NCBI GenBank assembly: GCA_964543205.1
Contig: CAZIXB010000001.1
Span: forward strand, 1 to 39,615
Origin: an uncultured Victivallales bacterium
GTDB lineage: Bacteria > Verrucomicrobiota > Kiritimatiellia > UBA8416 > CAYSRM01
Length of the DNA stretch: 39,615 nt
Reading direction: 5' to 3'
Shown here: positions 9,170-24,348 of the stretch, in pieces
Layout: every line of letters begins with the position of its first letter
How positions within the stretch are numbered: the first letter of the stretch is position 1
The notes under the pieces: generated by a model
What the model was told of the DNA's origin: nothing
Database searches by the model: none
Seen by the model: only the letters and a program-made list of their open reading frames with translations
Made by a program: the position numbers and the translations under genes

Positions 9170-9287
9170 GTTATGAGAGCGGCGGAATTATCTCCGGGGC
9201 TGAGCATGGAGTGTTTTCCGGGTAGAATATTGAGCGGGGACATAATTTTCCGGCGACAAAGCCGGGAAAAAAGCGGGAGAAGCTGCG

Positions 9288-9509
9288 GTGGCGAAAGGAA
9301 AGCAGAAGAAGAAAGGCATAATCTCGAGGATTCAGCAGGTGATAGCTGAAACTGTTCTTGAGATGAAGAAATCAAACTGGCCCAGCCGGAGCGAGCTTGC
9401 TGAATCCACGACTGTAATAGTTGTAGCGGTTCTGTTGCTTGCTGGTTTCGTCGGTGTGAGTGATAAGTTTCTGCTAATGTTGTTGAGGTTTTTGATTCCG
9501 GTAAGTTGA
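9288..9509 (+). CDS. secE: Preprotein translocase subunit SecE
   Basis: 73 aa with a basic N-terminus, the motif EMKKSNWPSRSEL and a single C-terminal TM helix. GTG start preceded by GGGAGAAG. Lies directly upstream of nusG. Confidence 0.9.
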   Translation: MAKGKQKKKGIISRIQQVIAETVLEMKKSNWPSRSELAESTTVIVVAVLLLAGFVGVSDKFLLMLLRFLIPVS

Positions 9510-9517
9510 GGTGAGAT

Positions 9518-10066
9518 GTGCAGAAGCAGTGGTTTGTCATACATACGCTAACAGGCCAGGAGCAGAAGGTCAGGGAAAGTCTGAAACGACGTGCCGAGCA
9601 GGAGGAGATGGATGAATACATTGGTCAGGTCATCATTCCCACCGAGCGCGTCACTGAAGTGAAGAAAGGGGTCAAGTCGACGACTACCCGGAAGTTTTTC
9701 CCTGGGTATATTCTGGCGGAGGTGGCGTTGTATGACGACGATGGAAACGTTGTTGCGGCCACGTGGAGTTTTCTCAAAGATACGACCGGTGTTATAGGTT
9801 TTGTTGGTGGTGACAGGCCTGTGCCGTTGCCGCCGGAGGAGGTTGAGTCGATACTTAACCAGGTTGAGGAGAAGCAGAAGAAGCCCAAGCCGAAGGTTGA
9901 GTTTGAACCCGGCGAGAGCGTGAAGATAGTGGACGGGCCGTTTCTTAACTTTTCCGGTGTTGTTGAGGAAGTTGATCCCCACAAGGGCAAGCTGAAGGTG
10001 TCAGTAGCCATTTTCGGCAGATCGGCTCCGGTGGAACTTGAATACTGGCAGGTTGAGCGAGAGTAG
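9518..10066 (+). CDS. nusG: Transcription termination/antitermination factor NusG
   Basis: 182 aa. NGN domain start WFVIHTLTGQEQKV and C-terminal KOW motif GESVKIVDGPFLNFSGVVEEVD. GTG start after GAGGTGAG. Confidence 0.95.
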   Translation: MQKQWFVIHTLTGQEQKVRESLKRRAEQEEMDEYIGQVIIPTERVTEVKKGVKSTTTRKFFPGYILAEVALYDDDGNVVAATWSFLKDTTGVIGFVGGDRPVPLPPEEVESILNQVEEKQKKPKPKVEFEPGESVKIVDGPFLNFSGVVEEVDPHKGKLKVSVAIFGRSAPVELEYWQVERE

Positions 10067-10108
10067 CTCTCCCGATTTTGTAAACATTGTTGCGCAAAGG
10101 CATAAGCA

Positions 10109-10534
10109 ATGGCTAAGAAGATAATAAGTACTATTAAATTACAGATTCCGGCCGGGCAGGCGAATCCTGCTCCGCCGGTAGGTCCGGCCCTGGGCCAGGC
10201 AGGCATAAATATAATGGAATTCTGCAAAGCATTTAATGCTTCGACGCAGGATCAGTCCGGCATGGTTTTGCCGGTTATTATAACAGTTTACCAGGACCGG
10301 TCATTTACGTTTGAAACCAAGTCGCCGCCAGCCGCTTTTCTTTTGAAAAGGGCTGCGGGTCTTGCGAAGGGATCCGGAACGCCGCATCTTGAGAAGGTGG
10401 GCAAGGTAACGAAAGATCAACTGGCTGAAATCGCTAAAACTAAGGAAAAGGATCTGAACGCAAGCGACGAAGCAGCCGCGGCCAGGATAATTGCGGGAAC
10501 GGCCAGGAGCATGGGCATAGAAGTAACCGATTGA
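10109..10534 (+). CDS. rplK: 50S ribosomal protein L11
   Basis: [35 protein letters not shown] is the canonical L11 N-terminal domain. Confidence 0.98.
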   Translation: MAKKIISTIKLQIPAGQANPAPPVGPALGQAGINIMEFCKAFNASTQDQSGMVLPVIITVYQDRSFTFETKSPPAAFLLKRAAGLAKGSGTPHLEKVGKVTKDQLAEIAKTKEKDLNASDEAAAARIIAGTARSMGIEVTD

Positions 10535-10560
10535 GCGGGAGTATCCGAAAGGAATTCAGG

Positions 10561-11244
10561 ATGGCTAAGCACGGTAAGAGATACCAGGATATGTTGAAGA
10601 AGGCGCCCGACGGGACAGTTGCGATTGAAGACGCTGTCGCTTTTCTTAAGGACGCCGGGCACGCCGGCTTTGATGAAACCATGGAGCTTGGAGTCCGGCT
10701 GGGAATAGATCCCAAAAAGTCGGAGAACTCGGTGCGGGGAACACTTACGCTGCCGCACGGCACAGGCAAGGATGTGACAGTTATTGCATTTGCTTCCGGA
10801 GAAGCGGCCGAGGCAGCGAAACAGGCCGGAGCCGACGAAGTGGGCATGTCTGAGCTGATAGATAAAGTTTCCGGGGGTTGGACGGATTTTGATGTTGCGG
10901 TTGCGACCAGGGAGGCGATGAATGAAGTCAAAAAGCTCGGCCGTGTTCTTGGCCCGAGGGGCTTGATGCCGAGTCCTAAATCCGGGACTGTTACAGATGA
11001 CATTGCTACTGCGGTAAAGCAGAGCAAGGCAGGCAGAGTTGAGTTCAGGATGGATCGGCAGGGGAACATAAACGTGCCGTTCGGAAAAATTTCGTTTGAA
11101 GCGCAGAGTCTTGCGGAAAACGCGCGCAGCATAGTATCGGCGATAGAAGCTGAGCGTCCTGATGGCGTGAAGGGAATATATATAAAGAATGTGACCGTTA
11201 GTTCTACGATGAGCGTTGGGATCAGGGTTAACTTTAAGGAGTAG
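10561..11244 (+). CDS. rplA: 50S ribosomal protein L1
   Basis: MAKHGKRYQ... start at the ATG at 10561 after AGGAA (the track ORF opens 30 nt earlier). L1-typical segments GTLTLPHGTGK and VLGPRGLMPSPKSGTV. Confidence 0.97.
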   Translation: MAKHGKRYQDMLKKAPDGTVAIEDAVAFLKDAGHAGFDETMELGVRLGIDPKKSENSVRGTLTLPHGTGKDVTVIAFASGEAAEAAKQAGADEVGMSELIDKVSGGWTDFDVAVATREAMNEVKKLGRVLGPRGLMPSPKSGTVTDDIATAVKQSKAGRVEFRMDRQGNINVPFGKISFEAQSLAENARSIVSAIEAERPDGVKGIYIKNVTVSSTMSVGIRVNFKE

Positions 11245-11251
11245 GCTGGGT

Positions 11252-11770
11252 ATGAGGGCGGAAAAAGAATCAGTAGTACAGGAGATAAGGGAAAACCTGG
11301 ACAAAAGCGATTTCACGATTCTTGTCAATTGTCGCGGTTTGAATGTATCGCAGCTTGACGAATTGCGTTCTCGTCTGGATAGATCCAGCAATCGGCTGGA
11401 GTTTTTCAAGAATACATTTCTCAAGGTTGCCTTGAGGGACGCCGGTCTGGAAGGTTTATTGGAGAAGTGCTCGGGTCCTACTGCCATGGTGACAGGCGAG
11501 GGAGACATGGCGCAGATTTGTCGAGCGGTGCTGGATTACAGCAAGGACAAGGAGCTTCCCGAGTTTAAAGGCGGAAGCATGGGCAGCGCCGTTTTGAGCG
11601 CGGATGATATTGTGCAGATCGCCAAGTTGCCTTCCCGTGAGACGCTTTTGGGGCAGGCGGTTGGAACTATTGCAGCCCCCATGACTCAATTTGTAGGTGT
11701 GTTGCAGCAGAAGGTTTTGACTTTGTTGTATGTGCTGAAAGCCGTTGAAGAGAAGAAGGGCGGCGAATAG
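11252..11770 (+). CDS. rplJ: 50S ribosomal protein L10
   Basis: Sits between rplA and rplL. ATG at 11252, 10 nt after AAGGAG. L10-like N-terminus (KESVVQEIRENLDKS) and the length fit. Confidence 0.93.
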   Translation: MRAEKESVVQEIRENLDKSDFTILVNCRGLNVSQLDELRSRLDRSSNRLEFFKNTFLKVALRDAGLEGLLEKCSGPTAMVTGEGDMAQICRAVLDYSKDKELPEFKGGSMGSAVLSADDIVQIAKLPSRETLLGQAVGTIAAPMTQFVGVLQQKVLTLLYVLKAVEEKKGGE

Positions 11771-11813
11771 CGCGTAGGTGCGATAACAGGAAACGCAAAC
11801 AGGAGAACAGGTA

Positions 11814-12266
11814 ATGGCGGAAGAAGAAAAAGTACAGGATCAGGCCGAGACTGCGGAAGCTGGCGCCGAAAGCGCACCCGCGGTTGAGGGTAAAATGGCT
11901 GAATTTGTGGAATGGATTGAAGGGATCAGCGTGCTTGAGCTGTCTCAGCTTGTCAAGGCTCTGGAAGATCGTCTTGGTGTAAGCGCTTCTGCGCCCGTGG
12001 CTATGGCCGCCGCAGGCGGTGGAGCAGGCGGAGAAGGCGAAGCTGCTGAAGAAAAGACAGAGTTCGACGTTGTGCTGAAGTCGGCAGGGGCGCAGAGAAT
12101 AGGCGTTATCAAGGAAGTGCGCGGAATTACCGGCCTCGGGTTAAAGGATTCCAAGGAACTTGTTGAAGGCGCTCCGAAGGCCGTAAAGGAAGGCGTCTCG
12201 AAGGAAGAAGCGGAAGAAATCAAGAAGAAACTGGAAGAAGCTGGCGCCGAAGTAGAAGTGAAATAG
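11814..12266 (+). CDS. rplL: 50S ribosomal protein L7/L12 (with possible 27-aa acidic N-terminal extension)
   Basis: C-terminal domain [51 protein letters not shown] is canonical. AGGAG lies 8 nt upstream of the ATG at 11814. An alternative canonical-length start exists at the ATG at 11895 ([20 protein letters not shown]). Confidence 0.93.
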   Translation: MAEEEKVQDQAETAEAGAESAPAVEGKMAEFVEWIEGISVLELSQLVKALEDRLGVSASAPVAMAAAGGGAGGEGEAAEEKTEFDVVLKSAGAQRIGVIKEVRGITGLGLKDSKELVEGAPKAVKEGVSKEEAEEIKKKLEEAGAEVEVK

Positions 12267-12309
12267 ACGAATCCGCGATTAATCCCCGGGTTATTGAGCG
12301 AGGTAACGA

Positions 12310-15300
12310 ATGGTAAGTCGAACGAACTTCGGAAAACTTAAGGCGGTAATGGAGCCGCCGGATCTGACGGAAGTGCAGACTAAGTCATACAGTGATTTTC
12401 TGCAGGTTGGATCCGATCCCATGAAGCGAAAAAAGCAGGGACTTGAGGGAATATTCAAGGAACTTTTCCCCATAGAAAGTTATGACGGGCGGTATGTTCT
12501 TGATTTCGTCAAATATGAACTGACCCCGCCAAAGGAGTCTGAGCTGGAAGACCTTTACGAAGGGCAGACGCATGCGGCGGCCTTGCACGTGACTTTTCGT
12601 CTTAAGGACGGAGAGGAAGTGCGGGAAGATACAGTCTATATGGGCGAGATTCCGCTTATGACCGAGCATGGTTCGTTTGTAGTCAATGGCGCGGAGCGAG
12701 TAGTGGTAAGCCAGTTGCACCGTTCTCCCGGCATATGTTCTGAACAGTCCACGCACCCAAACGGCGCTATCCTGTATTCCGTTCGGGTCATACCTGACCG
12801 GGGATCGTGGATTGAAATCCAGTTTGACACTTCGGATGTTATATGGGTTCTTATGGACAGGCGGCGCAGGCGCCGCAGGTTCCTGGCGTCTACGTTCCTG
12901 AGGGCGTTGGGATACGGAACCGACGACGAGATACTCGAGCTTTACTACAACTTTGAAAGCATTGATCTTTCAGGGGATTTGTCCAGCGACATGCTTGCTC
13001 ACAGGTATTTCCGTGAAGATATAATAGACGTTGATTCCAAGACTGTTTTAGCCAGGAGGCATGATCCTGTCAGCGAGGTGGTGCTTAAGCAGATGAAGCT
13101 CGCTGGTTTCAGAAAGGCGGATGTTGTTGATGCAAGCTGGGACGAGGGAATCTTTCTGACCGGTGTGCGCGCCGACCAGGTTCACAGCGCTGAAGACGCT
13201 CTGAAGGATATATATCACAGACTTCGTCCGGGCGACCCCGCTACGGCATCAAATGCCAGGCAGTTTCTTCGCCGGCTTTTCTACGACCAGAAGAGATATG
13301 ATCTCGGTCTGGTTGGCAGGCATAAGATAAACCAGAAGCTTGAGTTGGCCGGCAAGGTCAGCGACAGTCAGCGAACGCTCGACAAACTTGATATTGTCGA
13401 GGCCATTCGTCTCCTGATAGAGATCCGCAAGGGCAACGCGAATGTTGACGATATCGACCATCTCGGCAGCAGGAGAGTGAGGACGGTAGGCGAGCTGTTG
13501 GAGAACCAGTGCAGAGTTGGATTATCGCGGACAGAACGGCTTATACGTGAACGGATGACGCTGTTTGATCCTGCTTCGGGAGAACTCACTCCGCAAAGGC
13601 TGGTTAATTCCAGGTCATTATCGGCAGTTGTGCAGGATTTTTTTGGCAGGAGCCAGTTGAGTCAGTTCATGGATCAGACGAATCCTTTATCCGAACTGGC
13701 CCACAGGAGAAGGCTAAGCGCGCTTGGTCCGGGAGGATTGAGCAGGGAAAGAGCCGGGTTTGAGGTGCGCGATGTGCACAGCAGTCACTATGGCAGAATA
13801 TGTCCGATCGAGACGCCGGAGGGGCCGAACATCGGTTTGATTTCCTCTCTGGGAATTTACGCCAGGATCAATGATTTCGGTTTTATTGAGAGTCCGTATC
13901 GGAAGGTGAATAACGGACGGGTAAGCGATGAAGTTGAATATCTTTCCGCGGACGAGGAGGAGAAGTACGTTGTTGCCCAGGCGAATGCGCCGCTGGATGA
14001 AAAGTCAAGGTTTGCAAACCCTACCGTGTGGGTGCGCCACCAGGGCGAATTTCTTGAAGTGCCGGGCAACCAGGTTGACTATATGGACGTATCTCCTAAA
14101 CAGGTAGTCAGCATATGTGCCGGGTTGATTCCGTTTCTTGAACATGATGATGCCAACAGGGCCTTGATGGGCGCAAATATGATGCGACAGGCTGTGCCGC
14201 TGATAAAAACCGAGGCGCCTTATGCGTCCACCGGGCTTGAGGAGCGGGTGGCAAGAGACTCCAGGGTTGCAACGGTAGCCACGGCGCCGGGCAAGGTTGC
14301 GTATGTTGCGGCCGATAAGATTATAGTTTCGCCTGACGGCAGTCTTCCGAAGAAAAAGTCCGACCAGGCGAAATCGCAGGAATACTTGCTTCAGAAGTTC
14401 AGAAGGTCCAATGCCGGAACCTGTTTTAATCAGAAGCCGATTGTGTCCGAGGGCCAGAAGATTGGCAAGGGCGATATTCTTGCCGACGGGCCTGCCACTG
14501 CGGAGGGCGAACTTGCGCTCGGAAAGAATCTGCTTGTCGCGTTTATGCCATGGAGCGGGTACAATTTTGAGGATGCTATTCTTCTAAGCCAGCGGTGTGT
14601 GCGCGAAGACGTGTTTACTTCGATTCATATACAGGAGTTTGAAGTAGGCGCAAGAGACACCAAGCTCGGTCCGGAGGAAATTACTCGCGATATACCGAAT
14701 GTCGGCGAAGAAGCGCTTAAGGATCTTGGCCCTGACGGGGTTATCCGGCAGGGCGCCGAAGTTCAGCCCGGAGACATTCTCGTGGGCAAGATAACGCCCA
14801 AAAGCGAGACGGAGCTGGCCCCGGAAGAAAGGCTGTTGCGGGCAATATTCGGCGAGAAAGCCGCGGATGTGCGAGACACTTCACTGACAGTGCCCAGCGG
14901 CACATATGGAACGGTTATGGATGTGCGGGTCAAGGCTCATCGCGAGGTGAAAAGATCCGAGACAAGCCCGGCTGAGAAGCGGAAGCAGGCAAAGGCCATC
15001 AACGATGAATACAAGCGCAGGTCGCAGCAGCTTACCGAAGATCTGACGGAGGCTCTCAGCAATATTCTACTGGGAGAAAAGATTCCGCTTGATGTTGTTA
15101 ATGCGGAGAGCGGCGAAACAATCATTCCGGCCAATCGCAAGATCACGAAGACATTACTGAGGAAACTTGCAGCAGCCCATGAGCACATTGAAATTGAGAG
15201 CAGCCCGATCCAGATCAAGATTGATGAGATCATCAGCGATTACGGGCCAAAGTTTGACGAGATTGCTATGGAGCGCGAGAGGGGCATGGACCGGCTTGAA

Positions 15301-16077
15301 AACGGCGACGACGTTGACGCTGGAATCATCAAGCAGGTCAGGGTTTATGTTGCGGCCAAGAAGAAGCTTGCCGTAGGCGACAAGCTTGCCGGGCGGCATG
15401 GAAATAAAGGGGTAGTTGCAACCATAATGCCGGATTGCGATATGCCGTTCCTTCCCGACGGAACCCCCGTGGATATTGTTCTTAATCCTCTCGGTGTGCC
15501 TTCCAGGATGAACCTTGGCCAGGTTTTCGAGACGCACCTTGGCGCAGCGTGCAAGGCGCTTGGAATGTACGCGGCGACTCCTGTCTTTGATGGCATAAGG
15601 GAAGAGTCTATAGACAATTTTCTTGAGGAATCAAGTTTGCCGATAGACGGTAAGTCAGTGTTATACGACGGGCGCACCGGGGATAAATTCGACCAGCGGG
15701 TAGTTATAGGCGAGATCTATATGATGAAACTGCATCACCTGGTGAGCGACAAGATTCACGCCCGGGCTGTGGGGCCATACTCGCTGGTTACACAGCAGCC
15801 GCTAGGCGGAAAGGCACAGTATGGCGGGCAACGGCTTGGAGAAATGGAAGTATGGGCGCTGGAGGCATACGGCGCGTCGTACGCCTTGCAGGAGCTGCTG
15901 ACGGTGAAGAGCGACGATGTTCCCGGTCGCACAAGGATATATGAGGCAATTGTTAAAGGTGAAAACACCTTGGATGCGGGTATCCCTGAATCATTCAGCG
16001 TTTTGATTAACGAGTTGCGGGGACTGTGTCTGAACATGTCTATGAATGGCGAAAGCAATATAGAAAACAGACTTTGA
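12310..16077 (+). CDS. rpoB: DNA-directed RNA polymerase subunit beta
   Basis: 1255 aa with conserved beta motifs: [17 protein letters not shown] (Rif region), [26 protein letters not shown]. Confidence 0.99.
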   Translation: MVSRTNFGKLKAVMEPPDLTEVQTKSYSDFLQVGSDPMKRKKQGLEGIFKELFPIESYDGRYVLDFVKYELTPPKESELEDLYEGQTHAAALHVTFRLKDGEEVREDTVYMGEIPLMTEHGSFVVNGAERVVVSQLHRSPGICSEQSTHPNGAILYSVRVIPDRGSWIEIQFDTSDVIWVLMDRRRRRRRFLASTFLRALGYGTDDEILELYYNFESIDLSGDLSSDMLAHRYFREDIIDVDSKTVLARRHDPVSEVVLKQMKLAGFRKADVVDASWDEGIFLTGVRADQVHSAEDALKDIYHRLRPGDPATASNARQFLRRLFYDQKRYDLGLVGRHKINQKLELAGKVSDSQRTLDKLDIVEAIRLLIEIRKGNANVDDIDHLGSRRVRTVGELLENQCRVGLSRTERLIRERMTLFDPASGELTPQRLVNSRSLSAVVQDFFGRSQLSQFMDQTNPLSELAHRRRLSALGPGGLSRERAGFEVRDVHSSHYGRICPIETPEGPNIGLISSLGIYARINDFGFIESPYRKVNNGRVSDEVEYLSADEEEKYVVAQANAPLDEKSRFANPTVWVRHQGEFLEVPGNQVDYMDVSPKQVVSICAGLIPFLEHDDANRALMGANMMRQAVPLIKTEAPYASTGLEERVARDSRVATVATAPGKVAYVAADKIIVSPDGSLPKKKSDQAKSQEYLLQKFRRSNAGTCFNQKPIVSEGQKIGKGDILADGPATAEGELALGKNLLVAFMPWSGYNFEDAILLSQRCVREDVFTSIHIQEFEVGARDTKLGPEEITRDIPNVGEEALKDLGPDGVIRQGAEVQPGDILVGKITPKSETELAPEERLLRAIFGEKAADVRDTSLTVPSGTYGTVMDVRVKAHREVKRSETSPAEKRKQAKAINDEYKRRSQQLTEDLTEALSNILLGEKIPLDVVNAESGETIIPANRKITKTLLRKLAAAHEHIEIESSPIQIKIDEIISDYGPKFDEIAMERERGMDRLENGDDVDAGIIKQVRVYVAAKKKLAVGDKLAGRHGNKGVVATIMPDCDMPFLPDGTPVDIVLNPLGVPSRMNLGQVFETHLGAACKALGMYAATPVFDGIREESIDNFLEESSLPIDGKSVLYDGRTGDKFDQRVVIGEIYMMKLHHLVSDKIHARAVGPYSLVTQQPLGGKAQYGGQRLGEMEVWALEAYGASYALQELLTVKSDDVPGRTRIYEAIVKGENTLDAGIPESFSVLINELRGLCLNMSMNGESNIENRL

Positions 16078-16100
16078 GAGAAGTTAAAAGGAGTCTGACT

Positions 16101-20273
<4,173 letters not shown>

Positions 20274-20333
20274 AATCACCGTAGAGGGTGTGGTAACGTT
20301 CAGCGTTTTTTGTTTCAGAATAGAGGAAAAAGT

Positions 20334-20705
20334 ATGCCAACAGTAAATCAGTTAGTTAGAAAAGGACGAACAGCGGCGAAGAAGAAAAGCAAGTCGCCTG
20401 CGCTTTCGAAGAGCCCGCAAAGACGCGGGGTTTGTGTTGCGGTAAAAACGCAGACTCCGAAGAAACCTAATTCGGCTTTGCGCAAGGTTGCGCGTGTGCG
20501 GTTGACATCCGGGTATGAGGTTTCCGCATACATACCTGGTGTAGGGCATAATCTTCAGGAACATAGCGTGGTGTTGGTAAGAGGCGGGCGAGTAGCGGAT
20601 TTGCCCGGAGTTAGGTATCACATTGTGCGCGGCTCGCTGGATACTCTCGGTGTAGAGGGGCGCAAGAGGGGCCGGTCCAAGTACGGAGCGAAGAAAGAGA
20701 AATAG
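20334..20705 (+). CDS. rpsL: 30S ribosomal protein S12
   Basis: [12 protein letters not shown]... with [15 protein letters not shown]. The ATG at 20334 is preceded by AGAGGAAAAAG. Confidence 0.98.
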   Translation: MPTVNQLVRKGRTAAKKKSKSPALSKSPQRRGVCVAVKTQTPKKPNSALRKVARVRLTSGYEVSAYIPGVGHNLQEHSVVLVRGGRVADLPGVRYHIVRGSLDTLGVEGRKRGRSKYGAKKEK

Positions 20706-20720
20706 GATACGGAGATCGCA

Positions 20721-21191
20721 ATGGCAAGACGACGCAGGGCAGAAAAAAGAGTTTCGCAGCCTGACCCGAAATTTAACAGCGAACTGGTGACGAAGATAAT
20801 TAACGCAATAATGCGACGCGGGAAAAGGAGCACTGCCGAAGGCATAGTGTACGGAGCGCTTGACGAGATACAGAAGAAGATGGATCAGGATGAGATGGAG
20901 ATTCTTGTCCGCGCCATTGACAACATCAAGCCCCGGGTGGAAGTCAGGTCCCGCAGGGTTGGCGGCGCGACTTACCAGGTGCCGGTGGAAGTAAGCCGCA
21001 ACAGGCAGCTTGCCCTCGCCCTGAGGTGGCTGGTGGGAATCGCCAACAGCAGGAAAGGCGGATCTGCCCGCTCGGCGCTGGCGCAGGAAATTATTAATGC
21101 CTACAGGAATCAGGGCGAAGCGGTCAAGAAGCGCGACGACATGCACAAGATGGCACAGGCGAATAAGGCTTTCGCCCATTATGCCTGGTAA
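20721..21191 (+). CDS. rpsG: 30S ribosomal protein S7
   Basis: MARRRRAEKR...PDPKFNS and EVRSRRVGGATYQVPVEV are canonical S7 sequences. Confidence 0.98.
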   Translation: MARRRRAEKRVSQPDPKFNSELVTKIINAIMRRGKRSTAEGIVYGALDEIQKKMDQDEMEILVRAIDNIKPRVEVRSRRVGGATYQVPVEVSRNRQLALALRWLVGIANSRKGGSARSALAQEIINAYRNQGEAVKKRDDMHKMAQANKAFAHYAW

Positions 21192-21253
21192 GCTAAGGAA
21201 ATTGGTTGAATTGGAGTAACCGGACAGGTCAAGCGACGCTCCGGGAAAAGAAC

Positions 21254-23389
21254 ATGGTAACAGTTTTGGAACAGAATAAGAAAAGTAAAGCTCAGTCTGG
21301 TGAGGCTCGACGGGAAGCGCCGGATAGGGTGCGCAGTCTGCCGATGGTGAGAAATATCGGCATTGTTGCGCATATAGACGCCGGCAAGACCACTGTCACC
21401 GAGCGCATCCTTTTCTATGCCGGACGTGTGCACAAAATGGGAGAGGTGCATGACGGGACTACTGTTATGGACTGGATGTCTCAGGAGAAGGAGCGGGGAA
21501 TAACCATTACCAGCGCGGCTACGACCTGTTTCTGGCGCGATCACCAGATTAATATTATTGATACTCCGGGGCATGTTGATTTCACGGTAGAAGTTGAGCG
21601 GTCGCTGAGGGTTCTCGATGGCGCAGTTGGTGTTTTCTGCGGTGTCGGCGGCGTTCAACCGCAGTCCGAGACTGTGTGGAGGCAGGCTGACCGGTACGAA
21701 GTTCCTCGTCTGGCATTTGTGAATAAAATGGACAGGGTGGGAGCTGATTTTAAACGTGTTGTAAAGGATATTCGCAACCGGCTCCGATCGAATGCGGTTG
21801 CGGTGCAGATTCCGTGGGGATCTGAGGATCTTTTCCGGGGAATAATAGACCTGATTGATATGAAAGCCCTGGTGTATGATAAGGACAGTCTTGGCGCCAA
21901 GGTAAGCTCTGTTGAGATTCCCGCCGAGTTGCGGGCTGAAGCGGAAGAGGCAAGGGCGGAACTTGTGGAAAAGCTTGCTGAGGTCGATGAAGAAACAATG
22001 GAGGCATACCTGAGGAATGTGGACCTTACGCCGGATGTGATCAAAGCTGGAATCAGGCGCGCGGTCAGCGATAACTCTCTTATTCCTGTGCTGTGCGGAT
22101 CCGCGTTGAAGAACAAAGGAATCCAACGGCTGCTTGATGCCATAGCCGACTACCTGCCCTCGCCGCTTGATGTTAAAAGGGTTGAAGGCGCAAACCCTAA
22201 GACGGGCGATCGGGAAACCAGGGTGCCGGATGACAACGCCCCGGTGAGCGCTCTTGTTTTCAAGCTTGTTGCCGATCCTTACATGGGACGGGTAGGCTTT
22301 GTTAGAGTGTATTCCGGAGGCCTGAAGAAAGGCCAGAACGTTTTCAATCCCAGGACGGGAAAGCGCGAGCGCATAGCCAAGCTTGTGATTTTTCATGCGG
22401 ATACGCGCACAGATGTGGACGCATTGTATTCCGGCGAAATTGGCGGAATAGCCGGACTTAAGGAAGTCACAACAGGCGACAGCCTTTGCGCGGAACACGC
22501 GCAGGTGGAGCTTGAGAGGATCAAATTTCCGGAGCCGGTTATATTTATGGCAGTTGAACCCAGGAGCAGGTCGGACAGGGATAAGCTTGAAGAGGCTCTG
22601 GCGGCATTGACGTCGGAGGATCCGACATGTTCGGTAAGGGTTGACCCGGAGACCGGACAGACTATTCTAAGCGGAATGGGCGAGCTTCATCTCGAAGTGC
22701 TAAAGGACCGGATGTTGCGTGAATTCAAGGTTGAGGCGACTGTGGGCAAACCGGCTGTGGCTTACTACGAGACGGTGATGTCCACGGCGACCGGTTCGTG
22801 TGTTTTTGACCGGGAGATTGCCGGGAAGCGACAATTTGCCGGAGTGAAAGTGTCCGTTGGTTCCAGGGAACGCGGGGCTGGTAATAAAATTGAATTTGCC
22901 CGGGCTGGCGGGGATCTTTCCCGCGAGTTCAAGGAAAGTATACGCTCGGGGATAAAGGATGGACTGGCGACCGGATCGCTTGGAGCCGGTTCGATTATTG
23001 ATACCATGGTTAAGGTAACGGGCGTTGAGGTGGATGAAGAGTCTTCGACTGAACTGGCTTTTCAGTCAGCCGCGGTAATGGCAACGCGGGACGCTGCCGC
23101 TGCCGCTACGGTTGAATTGCTGGAGCCGGTAATGTCTCTTGAGGTTGTTGCGCCGGCGGACTTTGTCGGAGATGTGCTTGGAGACTTGAACGGGCGCAGA
23201 GGCAGGATTAACGAAATGGAGGCCAGGGGCGATATGCAGATTGTTCATGCTACAGTTCCCCTTGCCGAAATGTTCGGGTACTCTACGGTGATTCGCTCAC
23301 TGACGAAGGGACGTGGTAGTTATACCATGGAGCCCGAGAGGTTTGAGATCGTACCTGAAGAATTAAAAAAGCAGTTATTGGAGAAGTGA
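21254..23389 (+). CDS. fusA: Elongation factor G
   Basis: [23 protein letters not shown] and NKMDR GTPase motifs, with all five EF-G domains by length. The start is ambiguous: TTG 21206, ATG 21254 or ATG 21344. The reading frame is open from 21206. Confidence 0.95.
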   Translation: MVTVLEQNKKSKAQSGEARREAPDRVRSLPMVRNIGIVAHIDAGKTTVTERILFYAGRVHKMGEVHDGTTVMDWMSQEKERGITITSAATTCFWRDHQINIIDTPGHVDFTVEVERSLRVLDGAVGVFCGVGGVQPQSETVWRQADRYEVPRLAFVNKMDRVGADFKRVVKDIRNRLRSNAVAVQIPWGSEDLFRGIIDLIDMKALVYDKDSLGAKVSSVEIPAELRAEAEEARAELVEKLAEVDEETMEAYLRNVDLTPDVIKAGIRRAVSDNSLIPVLCGSALKNKGIQRLLDAIADYLPSPLDVKRVEGANPKTGDRETRVPDDNAPVSALVFKLVADPYMGRVGFVRVYSGGLKKGQNVFNPRTGKRERIAKLVIFHADTRTDVDALYSGEIGGIAGLKEVTTGDSLCAEHAQVELERIKFPEPVIFMAVEPRSRSDRDKLEEALAALTSEDPTCSVRVDPETGQTILSGMGELHLEVLKDRMLREFKVEATVGKPAVAYYETVMSTATGSCVFDREIAGKRQFAGVKVSVGSRERGAGNKIEFARAGGDLSREFKESIRSGIKDGLATGSLGAGSIIDTMVKVTGVEVDEESSTELAFQSAAVMATRDAAAAATVELLEPVMSLEVVAPADFVGDVLGDLNGRRGRINEMEARGDMQIVHATVPLAEMFGYSTVIRSLTKGRGSYTMEPERFEIVPEELKKQLLEK

Positions 23390-23396
23390 GGGGAGA

Positions 23397-23705
23397 GTGA
23401 ACGGACAACGCATAAGGATAAAGCTGCAGGGCTATGATCACGGGCTTCTTGATCAGGCGGTTGCTGACATACTGGATACTGCCAAAGGAACTGGCGCAAA
23501 AGTTGTCGGGCCTACGCCGCTTCCCACGAGGATAACGAAGTTTACCGTAAACAGGAGTCCGCATGTTGATAAAAAGTCGATGGACCAGTTTGAAATGAGG
23601 GTTCACAAGAGATTGCTGGATATACTTGATCCCACTGCCAAGACAGTGGACGAGCTGAAGAAACTTAATTTGCCTGCGGGCGTTGACATAACGATAAAGA
23701 TCTGA
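23397..23705 (+). CDS. rpsJ: 30S ribosomal protein S10
   Basis: [16 protein letters not shown] and [14 protein letters not shown]...SPHVDKKS are canonical S10 sequences. GTG start after GAGGGGAG. Confidence 0.97.
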   Translation: MNGQRIRIKLQGYDHGLLDQAVADILDTAKGTGAKVVGPTPLPTRITKFTVNRSPHVDKKSMDQFEMRVHKRLLDILDPTAKTVDELKKLNLPAGVDITIKI

Positions 23706-23709
23706 TGAT

Positions 23710-24348
23710 ATGCAAGGCTTAATTGGAAAAAAACTGGGAATGACACAGGTGTATGACAGCGACGGCCGCAAGCTTGCGGTGACAGTCATACAGGCGGGAC
23801 CGTGCGTAGTGGTTCAGAAGAAAAACGTTGAGACCGACGGTTATAACGCGGTAAAGGTCGGTTTTCAGGAACAAAAGGAGCAAAGGCTGACCAGGCCGGC
23901 GCTCCAGGAATTCAAGAAAATCGATGCGACGCCGTGTCGATGGCTAAGGGAATTCCGCCTGGAAAGCGGCGACGAGCACAACGAAGGGGACATGGTTCGC
24001 GTTGATCTTTTTGAGGGAGTAGGTTTTGTTGATGTGACGGGTGTGTCCAAGGGGCGAGGTTTCCAGGGCGCCATGAAGCGACATGGTTTTGGCGGAGGCC
24101 GAATGAGCCACGGCGCAGGAGCAAAAAGGAAGCCGGGCGCTATAGGACAGTGCGCATATCCCGCCAGGGTAGCGAAGGGCAAGAAGATGCCCGGGCACAT
24201 GGGTAGCCGAAAGGTAACCCAGCAGAATTTGCGGGTTGTTGGAATTCGAGCGGAAGAGGATCTCCTTCTTGTTGAAGGAGCGATTCCCGGGAGCGCCGGT
24301 GGAATGGTGCTGGTTAAAAAATCTTTAAAGAAGGGTGAGCGCAAATGA
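23710..24348 (+). CDS. rplC: 50S ribosomal protein L3
   Basis: LIGKKLGMTQVYD and GVSKGRGFQGAMKRHGF are canonical L3 sequences. Confidence 0.98.
   Translation: MQGLIGKKLGMTQVYDSDGRKLAVTVIQAGPCVVVQKKNVETDGYNAVKVGFQEQKEQRLTRPALQEFKKIDATPCRWLREFRLESGDEHNEGDMVRVDLFEGVGFVDVTGVSKGRGFQGAMKRHGFGGGRMSHGAGAKRKPGAIGQCAYPARVAKGKKMPGHMGSRKVTQQNLRVVGIRAEEDLLLVEGAIPGSAGGMVLVKKSLKKGERK

Noticed and set aside
9246-9270. 9-bp hairpin (TTTTCCGGC...GCCGGGAAAA) between tRNA-Trp and secE as a terminator
   Set aside because: On the plus strand it is followed by an A-run rather than a U-run. On the minus strand the T-run precedes the stem. No orientation gives a functional intrinsic terminator, so it is probably just leader structure.
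10417-11508. 363-aa (and nested 230-aa) minus-strand ORFs
   Set aside because: They are antisense to rplK, rplA and rplJ and span three conserved genes and their junctions. They are shadow ORFs.
16026-16100. ORF-track 5' extension of rpoC overlapping the rpoB end by 52 nt
   Set aside because: The extension ([25 protein letters not shown]) has no counterpart in beta-prime proteins. The TTG at 16101 has an AAAGGAG SD at ideal spacing and gives a canonical-length N-terminus.
21179-22498. 439-aa ORF on the minus strand
   Set aside because: It lies entirely antisense to the highly conserved fusA. Its composition is Arg/Ser/Leu/His/Pro-rich, as is typical of shadow ORFs opposite codon-biased genes. 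It has no SD or promoter and no recognisable motif.
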